A DNA stretch of 64,000 nt from Octopus sinensis (taxonomy: Eukaryota): contig NW_021832221.1 in NCBI RefSeq assembly GCF_006345805.1, positions 248,797 through 312,796 of the forward strand, written 5' to 3'. A model generated the notes under the pieces. That model saw nothing but the letters and a program-made list of their open reading frames with translations, ran no database searches and had not been told where the DNA came from. Positions within the stretch are counted from its first letter, which is position 1. Every line of letters begins with the position of its first letter. The translations under genes were made by a program, and so were the position numbers. Positions 24,301 to 36,928 of the stretch are shown here, one piece after another.

Positions 24301-27300
24301 AAACGTAATACTATTACTCCAGATGACCTCAAAAATATCATCAGTCATATTTGTTACAATGAAAAAAACTCTCATGATAACCGAATTGTATGTTTACTTG
24401 ACTTCTTTGAGTCAAATACCGATATTTTACAGAATCCTAAAAATAAAGAACTTAAAGATTACGTAATCTCACAAAAATGGTTTCCAATTAAAACACAGCG
24501 CCCTCCTAATTATCCCAAAACTATTCCGTGGCTTGGAGAATTTGAAAAATTCAATTTTTTTAATTGTAGAGAAATTAGATTACAAAAATATTCTTACCTC
24601 GTCGGAAGTGTTAGTCGAGTACACAAATTTAATATTTCTGCTAAATTAGCATACATTTTTGGCATTGACTGTTCTCCTCGAATAAACGACATTGCAGCCC
24701 ATTATTACAATGTAATGAGATTTCAAACTTCTTCGGATTTTGATCAATTTAATTTGTATATGAAGGCCTTTTATGAATCTCTTAAGAATATTTGTGATGA
24801 AAATCCCCTAAAAATCAATTCATTTATTGATATGATACCGCATAACTGGCTTTGGAATGGCTATCATTTTGTGAACAATGGAAGTTTTTTGTTTCTCACA
24901 AATTTCTTAAAACCGTTTGTTACACTTCTTGCATACTTTAAAATTCCGTACAGCTCAGATGTCTACAGCTTTCTCTCAGAAATCAAAGACAAACACCTGA
25001 AAATTTGTGAGCGTGAAGTAAAAAACGACCTTTCTCTTATTTTCTCATCACTTCAAGATATTCTTTCGACAGAAACATTATTGATTGAAAAATTAGATCT
25101 TCCAGTTTACTCATCCTCTCAGAAATTAAAATTTTCAAAGGGCAATACATGTGTGATATGTCCTTTTCTCAAATCCGAAAATATAGCAAGGAATCACCAG
25201 GTCAGCATACATGGAAAATCGTATAATATTTTACATCAAGACTTTCCTCTAACATTGGCAGAAAAATTAAAAATACAAATTTATAGTCCAAGTGAAACGA
25301 ATATTAAAATATTGAAAAAAGAAGATACAAGCTCATCTCACTCCTTTCTCGCTACCTTCAAAGAAATAATGCTTTTTGGCGATTCTATTCGTTCCTCAGA
25401 AATAAAATTTATGTATGATATGCGAATTCTGAGCAACAATTTTATGAAAAACGCCAGTATTTGCAACACAAAATCGAATTCTCTATGGATATACTTTAAT
25501 TCGTCATTATCATCTTCGTTTTTTGACATTCCAAATGTTAAAGTATTTGATTTTCTGCAATTTTTCTCTCGGAGTATCACGATTTTGACTCGAAACATGT
25601 TTATTGTCTACGACTTTGATTCTGAAAAAAATCCAATAAAAATAAATACGACGAACAGTTTAAATCCATCTGTAAATTACAGAGAATTGTTTAGCTGTTT
25701 TGAAGGAATTTTTGGCTGCCAAATATCTTCTAAGAGTTTCTATTCTGGAATTCTTATTCATTGTCCCCTTCAGAACTTTTGTTTCTATAAAAATACCCAA
25801 AACTCAGTTGATTTATTCATGAATATTTTTTTTGAAGCTTTCTCTAGGTCGACAGTAATGTACATGCTATATTTGGATGGAATATTCCGCTTGTCAATTC
25901 ATTTAAATACGTTTGCTAATCCGGAAAATTCTGAACAGTTGTTCTGTCTTCAAAAATACTGCAGCAATATTTTGCAAAAACCTACTTTCAGAACAACTAG
26001 AGATGACAATGTTGTAGTGGATGAATACATTTGCTTAAATAACTTTGGAAGTTCATTCAAATATCATACTATAGGAATTCATGAAATGCTGTCTTCGTAT
26101 TCATCTATGAATAAAAAACAACTTATATTTACTACATCAGTTTACAACTTCAAATTAAATGTCACAAAGATTGGAATAAAATATATCAATCTGTATGAAG
26201 TTAAAAATCTCGAAGAATGGGCCACATGTATCATAATTCAGCCTATCAATGATCAATCATCAATTTCTGTAATCTGCCTTGCAGTTCCTTATCGGATTTT
26301 AACTAAAAATACAAACAGACACCTCAAATATGGACAGACAATGTTTTCTTCATTGAATACCGAAAAAAACAATTTGCCCGTCAGTATTTACGCGGCAGTA
26401 TATAACAAGAATAACGATTCAGAAATAAAGCCATACGTCATTAACAAATTATATTCGAATAAAAATTTCCACGAATATCTATCAAATGCATATCTTATAT
26501 TTCTTGAAAATATAAGCAAAATGAATTTCAAATTAATTCCACCTTCAGTTTATTATTCACTGTGGCCAATAAATGTTGAAATCGATAGCAAATATTACTT
26601 AATGGCCAGTTCCATGTATCTAAAGATTTTCTCCAGTTTATCAATTAAATATTCACTATTTCCTGTTGATAATGTACTCTCCACAGTTGAACAAATTGCC
26701 ATTTTTGATCAATCTATTACCGATTGCTTAATTTCTGAATTTCTCATAAGTGTTTGTAAATCAATCTGTTGCAAAAAGCTCGTTCTTGATATGCCACAAT
26801 ATCTTATTTCGTTTATAAACAGTTTTTTACCCAAGGATTTAGAAAATGATTGTATTTATGACATTATTAAATTATACACCCATGTTATATTGCCTCGTTA
26901 TAATGAAATTAATTGGGATCTACGAGAAAAATTAATATTTTATGCATTGACAACTTTATTCGAAGATGTTGGGGTCAACTTGGAATATTTTCTATTTATA
27001 CCTATTGCTCCGTGTGGAACTAAACTTGGCTCACCACGTTGTCTTTTGGAACCGTCGCATGATTTTAAAGTTCTTTTCGAAGACATCTCCGATGAGATAT
27101 TTCCCATTGATTCTTTCATATCTCGAGTAGATGTTTTGAACTCTCTCAGGCAACTTGGTTTGAATCGAGATAACATGTCATGGAAACAAATTGCAGGAAG
27201 ATTAAATTTTATACATTCGACCAAATCAGACGAGCTAAAAATAACTAGAATTGCAACTTTGTTTAAATATATTCACAAAAATATTACAAATAAAATTTTA

Positions 27301-30300
27301 TGTGAACCTGAATTACAAAAAGAAATAATATCTTCTAAAATTCTTCCTGTCAAGAAAAACATTTTTTTCTCGTCTGAAATGAGGGAATTTGCGAGTTCTC
27401 ATGAAATTTATTTGCAAGTCTATGAAGCGTGTGTATCAATATTAAATCCAATTTTGGATACTGATGCCATTCCATTAATTGAAGATCCTGGAATACTAAA
27501 ATTTTTCAACATTGAATCAAAAATACCAACAACAGAACTTGTGATCGATAATCTCATGGCTTTGGAAAGATTTAGTGCCAAAAAAGAAGTCAGAGAGTCT
27601 TTAATCCAGAAATATACAAAAGAAATGTATATTGTTTTGAGCAAATCACTTTCTGATAAAATAGACGTTGATCTAATTGTAAGCCGACTCGAAAGAACAA
27701 AATGGGTTTATTTTTCAGGAGAATTTTTATCTACTAAAAAATTATGTTTTGGAAATGTTGTGACATGTCCTTCATATATTTATGATATTTCTTGCAGTTA
27801 TTTGGACAGTCATAAACCACTTTTGCTTCTCCTTGGCGCGAAAGAACATTTTTATGCAAAAGATTATGGAAAAATTTTGAGAAAAATTGAAGCTGGCAAT
27901 GACAAAATCGGTCCAGCTTTGATCAAAAAATACGATATCATTCTCAGTGGCTTAATCGAAGCACTGAGAAAATCTAACAAATCATTTTTAGACTATCAGT
28001 TAATCAACGGGCCAGTGCTTTTACCCGACAAAGATGGAAATTTCGCTATTAGTTCGTGCCTTGTATCTGATTACTGTTTATCTTCCACAAGTGATTTTTA
28101 TAAAGAAATATACTCCCATGACAATTTTCTTCATCCTCTAATTTCACGTAAAAATGCTGAATTTTTGGGAGTTAAAAAATGGCAAGAGATATTATTCGAT
28201 TGTGATGTCGCTACTTGTGATTATCGTATTGAATTATTCGACCGTACTTTACCAAAAAATGATGTTCTATTTGTAATGATATGCAGTGAAATGATAAATT
28301 TTTTTGATCAAATGGCCTGCACCAAAGTAAAAATACTGATTGATTCTCGACAAAACGAACTCGAAAAAAATATTAACTTACAATTTAATTCCCTATTTGA
28401 AGAAAGTTTGTGCTTTCAAGTCGACAAATTTATTAATGACGATGAAATAAACACACAGATGAGTAGAATGTTTTCCTCCTATTATCCCATAAGCTCAAAA
28501 AGTACAATGGGATTTAATGCCGGATCTCTGATTTCTCGGATTGTAGGAATTTTTGGTCAAAATTTTGGCATTGAATCATTTGAAATGATGGAATATGACA
28601 TTAAAAATAATGTCTTTTTACAAAAAACGACCCATAAATACAAAAATATAGCTCTCTTGAAAAAATTATATGAAAATATTTTGAAGATATTTAATTTTGA
28701 TACAACATTTTCTCATTCTTCAACAATATTTCGTTTCCCATTGAATTTCATGAACGTATTGGGAAAATGTTTCAATGTCGAAAAAAATTATATTTTGGAA
28801 CTTTTATCAAAAACCATATCAACGCAAATAATTTTTCTGAATAATATTCGTCAAGTATCTATTCAGGAAATTGACGTTAATTCAACATTTCAAAAAAATA
28901 TATTAATAATTGCCAATACTAAACCATTTGAAAACAATATATATTCGCACTACAAAGAAAATCTTTTAAAATTACAAAATGATTATTTTTCTTCTAAAAT
29001 ACCTATTTCTGTTATAGAGCAAGCATATTGTTTGTATAAAGTCGAAGTCTCAGTCGAGACAAGTTTCAAAACCACATCTACATGGAACTGTTGTGATATG
29101 GTTGGATTTAGTCTTCAAGATTTGCCATCAAACTTTATTTGTGATTCCATCATACGTTCATTTCCCAGAGTAATTGTCGCAGTTGGTGGAAATACAGATT
29201 CACTTGTAGAATTTGATAATATTTTTTGTGACAGGACATTAACTATCTCCCAATCAAATATAAGGGGAACTTATATAAATGGAAATTTTTTATTAGATTT
29301 GACAAATTTTTCACTGGATTGTAGTATCCAACAAAGAAGTGAGTGGAACGAATGTTTAGCCGTAAATATGTGCGCCAAAGCCCACCTTCGGGCGCTCGAT
29401 TATCTCCGAAACAGTTCTAATTCAAACTGTAATGAATTTTTGAAATATCTCCCTACGCCGTCATTCAAGATAGTATCAGAAAGCATTTCACAAAAATATT
29501 TGAGTTGCTTTTACTCGTACCTCTATCAAAATTCTTTTCACTTTTTCCCAAGTAGAAACAAAAATGGTAACATTTTGTGGGATACAGGAAATAACATATT
29601 TTTAATTAACCAAAGCGAGTCGGCGGATTATTTACAAGTATTAAAAACATGTGGAATGAAGTTAATTGAGGTTTCCAGTGAATTTTCGGATACTCTAGCT
29701 AAGTATTTACCTCAAATAAAACAGTTTTCCATCCCGGAGGTACTTTCATTTTTTAAGTCCTTATCGATTGATGATAATTTACTTTCTGAATGTGTTATCA
29801 AATCTGTGCCGAATTTGTGCATAATTTTCAAATATCTTATAAATTCAGACTCTGCCCGTATCGATATAGACGGAATACCTCTAATCCTTACTGCGGATTA
29901 CAAAATTTGTTCAGGTTCTGTCAAAGATTCCAAATATTTATTCAAATATCACCGAATATTTGGAAATTTTCGCCATTTGTTTGTTCACCGAAACATGTTG
30001 AAAATATATCAAAACGAAAAATTTTTATCCAGTGGTATTTTTGTCGAATTGTGCACACAAGATTTGGTTGATTTATTAATAAAGAATGCTAATTTAAAAA
30101 GTCAGCTGACGGTCGAAACCCTCAAAGACCTATCCATGGTTTATCCATCTCAGCTATTTTGGAAAGAGCTCAAGACCCTTTGGAATACAATCGACTTGAT
30201 ATTTATAAAATTTTGTCGAAAAAATCGAATAAATTCTCACGATGCTATTGTGCGGCAATTTTTTTTGGAATTTGAGTTAATCGAGCAATGGTGTTTACTC

Positions 30301-33300
30301 CCGGTAGTTTTCTGGGACTCTCGTGATCAAAAAGTACGGAGACAACTGTTTAGTCTACGGAGTCACAAAAGAATTATGAATATTCCAAAATATATTGATC
30401 CTGAGTTGCAAAACTTTTTTGTTAGAGCTGGAATACCTCAGCCTGACAAATCGAAAATAAAGTTATGGTTTTACAGAAAATTAACGCCGGACATTGATAA
30501 TCCTCGCCATTTCGAACAACTTTTAAAAATGCTTGGTCGAAGCGAAACTGCACCAGAGGGAATGGAATTAGCCGCTTTTTGGAAATTCATCTTAAAGATT
30601 TACGGCCAAGTAAAAGACAAAGAATTTTTATTGAAATTACTCCTCCAACTTAAAATCTATCAACTTTATAATGGAAAATTGACTTCCCTTGAATACCAAG
30701 AAGTGTTTATTTGTTCAGAAAATGATGTACCTGATACTGAATCCGATTCATGGTGTTACTATGAAGGGAAGGCTCTCCTTGCTGCCAGCATGATGGATTA
30801 CGCAAGAATTTTAAAAAGACTAAACTGCAAATTCATTTCAAAAATCGAAATCTATACGAAATTTGTACTTATCCGCTTCAAAACTATGTCTCAATCAGCA
30901 CAGTTGAACCATTTTCGTTATATAATAAATTTGATAACAACAAACGCATTAGATTCTGAAATGAAAAATTTCATGGAATTTATTTCCACGATTCCATTAG
31001 TACGAAACAGTAAAGAGGAAATGATTATTGTTAAGGATCTTTATGATCCAGAAAATCAAAATCTAGTCAATATGTCACTTATTTTCCCAAATATTCGATT
31101 TCCAAACAAAGAGTACTGCTCTTTCGAATTTCTGACTTTTTTAAGAAAACTCGGTCTTATGAATAAACTGCCTGTATGTGTTATAATGCAAATTGGAAAC
31201 ATCTTAAAAACAATTTACTTAAATTCTCCAACTGAACAAACCATTCTTTTAAGCAAAAGTCTTTATGAATGTTGTTTACAGTCATTTACCGGCAATGTAG
31301 ATTTCAAAAATATTGGGGAAATATGCTTTTTGCCGAAATATAATGTAATTCAACAATTGACTCAAATACATCTTCCATTAAACACTGAATCTCGGTCTTT
31401 AAATCTATGCCATTCAGGGCTGGCCGCGGACAGTTCATTAATATGGACTGTTTTGTCTGTACTGCCAGAATGGATTGAAGAAACTGACGAAACACGCCAA
31501 TTCCTCAAAGTCACAGGAGTTGTGTACAAATTGACACCAGAACTTGTAGTAGCCAATCTCTGCAATGTTGCAAAAAATATTACTAAGTGTAATCATAATT
31601 TTGAAGACGTTTGTACAGTTTTATTTAAAATATTTTCATTTTTATCAAAATCTCAACTTGGAGACTCATTAATTAAAATTTTGAGAGACCTTCAAATCAT
31701 TCCAACCAATTCTAAACTATTTGTTAAGCCATCAAAAGCAGTATTTAATATCCACACATTTTATGAAATCCCTTATTATTTAGAGACAGTAAATTTACAT
31801 TTTTTTGGATTTATTGAATTATTTGAACGCATTGGTGTGTGTTATTTTCCGAATATATCAACATTTGCTAAAATATTGTCTGAACTCGCGACTAAAAATA
31901 TCAGTCTTAATGCCAACAATTTAATATATGCTGTTAGAGCGACCAAAGGGCTGTTTTTTGAATTATTGGAAAGATTTGATGACTCGGTCACTGAGATTAT
32001 TGAAACTATTTCCGATGGATTATATCTTCCCACTCGTAGAGGCACATTAGAGATTTCTTCTGATCTTGTATACGTTGACGACATAAGTTTGTTGAAAAGA
32101 CTGAAAGGAATTGATTGCTCAATTTTGCTTACCCACAAAGAACTAGAAATGGATTGGGAATCGTTTTTGAATTCCATTCTAAAAATTCCAATAAAATGGC
32201 GACCAAAGCCTGTTTCAGATGTAATCTTTGAACAAATAGAATTAAACTCGTTGAATTTGCGGCCAAGATCTGACGAGGAGGGATTTTCTGGTCTTATCCA
32301 ATCTCGTCTCAAATCTGAACGCTTTCTTTCAGGAATTTCAAAAATTATATTTGCAGTCGATACTGAATGTTTGAGAACATCGTCATCAAGTGATATAGAA
32401 CGATACAAACAAAAAATCCATTCCGTTGAGATTCTTTCGTTGTTCAATGTAACTACCAACATACATTACCGTGACAAGATTGTTTCAAACTCTGAGTACA
32501 GCTATGACTGTTTTTATCAAGAAAGGCATAATTCACATCCTGTGATATATATAAAACATCACTTATTGTCCGAAAAACGTGTAATTGTTGCTCTAGCCTC
32601 AATTTTGGATAAAATTTGTGATTTTCAGCTTACTCCAAAAAAAGAACTTGTTGTTCACATTTTAACATGCCCAATATATGACATCGAGCGAGAATTGAAC
32701 TACCTTCTTTTAACGGACATTGGAGAACAAATGAATCCAAATCCCACTCCTGGAATGCATATTCCGAACTCTCAGCTTGGTAATTTATCTAGAAACTGTC
32801 GAATGTATCGAAAAAATGAGTTTGTCGCTATTTATGTCAAACATGATCTCGTATATGGGCGAATAGTAGATCAGATCGGAGAAAACGTCTTCACAGTGAG
32901 AATTGGATCTAAGTCTAGTGATGTTGTAAAATATGATATTGAACAATTATTAAAAATATCTGATGAGAAAATTAAAGAACAATATCTACCAAAAATGAAT
33001 GAAAGTACTAAAAATTTTGAGCAAAATGAATGTAAAAAATTTCACGAAACTGCTTCGAAAAATGACGTATGTAACAGAAATGAAATATTTAACGAAACAA
33101 AATATCAAAATGCTCAACGACATGCCAGTTTTAGTCATACAGCCAGCAAGACTTATTCTTTTAAAAGGTCAAGTGTAAATTCGAATAAAAAACCCGAAAC
33201 CTTCGAGACAATTCTCCCCGATTCAGACCAGAATTCGGAAAAATTTAGTTTAGATTTTGAAAGCATTAAACAGAAAATAAAAAGGAAAATAAGCGAGGCC

Positions 33301-34070
33301 ACACAAATGTCTTATGAAAAGCGGAAAAAACTGATTAAAAAACTTCTTTTGAAATGGCATCCAGATAAAAATCCTGGACATTCTGAACTTTGTACTGCAG
33401 TTTTTCAAACAATTCAAGTCGAAATTGAGGCTAACCATTTATTTGACACTTCTAAAAAAAATCCTTGGGAATACATGGGGTTTTCTTGTTGGGACAAGTT
33501 CTACGAGTTTGTAAAAAAGAAAGCCCAGTCAAAGGAAAATTGTTTCACAGAATGTTCACAGAAAGTAAATGAATGTATTAATTTTCAATAGGAATCCAAA
33601 GCTAAAAAAAATAGTTCTGAATCAAGCGACATATCTCATTCAAAATCAAAAACATGGCTTTTACAGGCTAAAGCTGACATAAAAACTGCGTCGACAGTCG
33701 ACTTTTCCCAAACGAGATCATTTGAGTGGATGTCGTACATTGCCTGTCAGGTTAACAATTTTTCTTTAAAAATTGACAGGCTGCAGAAAAAGCTATAAAA
33801 GCAGTTTATTTCAAGCTTTCTAAAAGTCGAAAAGTTGATCACTTGACAAATTTATCGGTTATACTTTTTGAAATCAGAGATGAAAAACTTTCTGAATATG
33901 CAAAACTATTGGATCAGGCTACTTTTCGTAACGCCAGAGAACTCTATCCTAACAATTTATCTACGCCTCATGAAGTTGCCACCCCTCAATCTGGCGAGAT
34001 GGCAGTCCAACTGGCTATCAAAATTATTAAATATGTCGAAAGCACGTTTTTTGAAACACGTGACCAATAA
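21363..34070 (+). CDS. SACS: Sacsin-like giant protein (3 degenerate SRR/GHKL repeats, DnaJ, HEPN)
   Basis: Exon 23384-33564 is an uninterrupted frame; J-domain KKLLLKWHPDKNPG (HPD 33358-33366); HEPN WLLQAKADI...ACQ-AAEKAIKA...ELYP; three SRR starts recognisable. The 5' exons are hand-parsed. Confidence 0.88.
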
Positions 34071-34922
34071 AGACTATTTAACTAATCTAAATTAAACAAT
34101 TAAAAATTTTGTTAATTAATAGATTTTTTTATGCTAATAAATTTTTTTTTATTTTAATTACTAAATTAGTGTATGTAAAGCAGAAGAACTGATGGCGATC
34201 CAGTTTCCCCTCACTATTGCTTGGGACACGTTCTAGAGGAGCCATCTCGTCTCCAGAGGATTGTGTGTTCTAATAGATTGAACAAAATTTATAATAAATC
34301 TTAGTTAAATTCATCTAATTTAAAAAAATAAGTGATAAAATCTTCTAAATTGACAGCTCCCAACATTTGTCATGATAAATTGTAAATGAAGAGTATAATA
34401 TTGTAAAATCCATCCTCGAAGGAGAAGAACTGAATATATTATCTTGTTTGAGGTATAAACTAAAAAAGGCTAAAAATTGTTTTAATAGACCGGAAGCTTT
34501 ATCTTAAAGATTTTTTTATCTAATCACAGGCTTGTTATTGCTTCAACCAACAAATAGGAGATGCGGACAATTGCAGAAGAAAGGCTGAAAAATCACACGA
34601 CATTTTCATGGCCCTTGCAGATATTTTCAGTTCTCTTCAATTAAAAAAATTTTACATCCGTATGGAGGTCCAGTAGATATTGCCGAGTATTTGTCTAAAA
34701 ATTTTGTAAAAGTGGGTCTATTAAGAATGTTCATTTAAAGCGACTAAAAAAATTCAAAACGACTTTAAATAATTAATTTGTTTAAAAAACTTTAGATAAT
34801 AGTTAAACAAATTTTAACAAGACCGTAGAATTTATTATCGGAAAATGTAAAAAAAATCATAAATTTAATTTTTTTTAATTGTATGAACGACAACTTATTC
34901 CAAATTCGAAATTTATGTTATA

Positions 34923-35514
34923 CAGTCAAACCCCTCTAAACCGACTCTTTGGTATACCGGAATTCCCTCAAAATCGGACTAAACTCCTGGTTCCGATTCA
35001 TTTGATAGAACATCACTGCTATACCATCTTTGATATACCGGATCTCATTTATTCCGAATACCGGCCGTATTTTGCGGTCCCAACTTGAATTTTCGAGAAT
35101 CCAATGACAGAAAAAGAATTTGTCAAGTTAGATTTGGAATTAACCACTGAAAATCCAAAAGATTGCGATCAACATACCAAACAGTTTCAGATTCTTAAGA
35201 TAATGACTCAGATTCTGATAAGCAAACAGAGCCAAAACATTTAGAGAAATTAACACCCAAAATGTTAACCAAATACAGACAATCTGTGCACTGTTTACTG
35301 TCAATCTCGTCAATAGGCTGATCTATCTGAACAATAAAGCGATTCCTGAATTGAAGCTAAATACGATGCAACTTATTGACAGATTTTTATTAAGTTTACT
35401 GTTTCAATTTTTCCCTATAAGTAAATTTAATGACTTGTTCAATACATCGGCCTTCCATCTATACTGGACAATTCTGTCGGTCCCGAGAGAAATCATTTTA
35501 ACGGGGTTTGACTG
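34923..35514. mobile_element. pogo/Tigger-like (Tc1/mariner superfamily) non-autonomous element, 592 bp
   Basis: TIRs CAGTCAAACCCC(tc/gt)TAAA at both ends, flanked by TA (34921-22, 35515-16); interior has an acidic, stop-interrupted stretch resembling a transposase C-terminus. Confidence 0.85.
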
Positions 35515-35952
35515 TACCAGTATTGGAACGAAGATCAATCGCCGTAATTGTAAATTGAAAACGGTCAATTATCACGGAACACAATATGCAACTGACTACC
35601 GAAAATATCATAATTAATTATTGAGAACTTTAATTGAATTTTGGCTGAAAATTGAAGAGAGTTGAAATTGCATTTGTGTTTCTTATAAAGAGCTCACGAA
35701 ACGTAAAAATACCGATTTGAACTTCAAGGTCAAAATCGCTTAAAGAAACCGAAAGTGTTTATTTCTTAAGAATTCTTAGCGATCTAGCCACATAGTGGAA
35801 GGATAAAGAAAAGAAGATTACAATAGTCAATTAAAAACTACATTAAGACTAGTGTTACTTTTTCTTGTTAAAAATAATAAATGTTATTTTTTAATTATTT
35901 TTTGAATAATAAAATTTAAGTTTTAAAATTTAAATACAATATAATATTTACA

Positions 35953-36508
35953 ATGAACCGAAATAACAAAATATCTGAAGACGAGCTTACAGGTATTAAA
36001 TTAAAATTTTTTTTAGTGTTTAAGGAAGTTTTCTCCTTATTTGACAAAGATTGTGACGGTACGATTACCTTTGGCGAACTCAAACACGTTATTCGGGCAC
36101 TTGGACACACTGTTACCGAAGAAGAATATGAAGAATTTATCAAAGAACCTTATTTCGCTGGTATTCGAACATTTGAGAATTCTAGTCAAGAAAAATTTCA
36201 ATTTTACTGAATTTATTGATCTTATGTCAGCTAAATTTGTTCCTAAAAATTTTGAAGAATCAATTCGTGAAGCATTTCAGTATTTTGATAGCGCAAACGA
36301 GGGGCAGATTTCTTCAGATCAGTTGGAGAAGGCAATGCTCAAACTAGATGTTAATTTTTCAACCGAATGTGCTCAAAAAATGATCAAAGAGATAGACCTT
36401 GATAATGATGGCTTTGTCGATATTGAAGGTTATGCTAAATTATTTAATTTAACAGAATTCATTTCTCTTTTAAAGATTAAAAAATTAAAATGTCAGTATT
36501 GGCGTTAA
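35953..36508 (+). CDS. Calmodulin-like EF-hand protein (3 introns)
   Basis: [29 protein letters not shown]...[12 protein letters not shown]...[18 protein letters not shown]. Confidence 0.85.
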
Positions 36509-36928
36509 TTCAATTAATATGAACTTTTTAATCAATTTATTAAACAACTTACTGCATATTTGCATGACTTTCTATCGATAAAGTGATTGTTTGCATGCCA
36601 TATTGATAAAACAAGCGTGGATGCCACCTAGGACATAAAACGTAGGACTATGAAGAGTGATATGTTCAAGGTTATTATCAGAATCCAAAAATTTTTTTGT
36701 AAAAAGTACATTAAAGTCAGAAAGGATTTTTATATATTAATGTAGACCAATCCAGATTAAGAGAGTTTTTATTCCGTAGGCAATTGCAAGTCGAAGGGTA
36801 AAATTCTTAGAAAATAATTTACGATAAACGTGAATGTTTAAAATGTAAACACGGTGACGGCAATGCTACTAATTTTAGTAAAAATGATGACAAAATTCCA
36901 AATGTTAAAATATATCGATAATTCTAAA

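Noticed and set aside
33640-34070. HEPN domain as a toxin or defence RNase
   Set aside because: It is the normal sacsin C-terminal HEPN; no R-x4-6-H catalytic motif evident.
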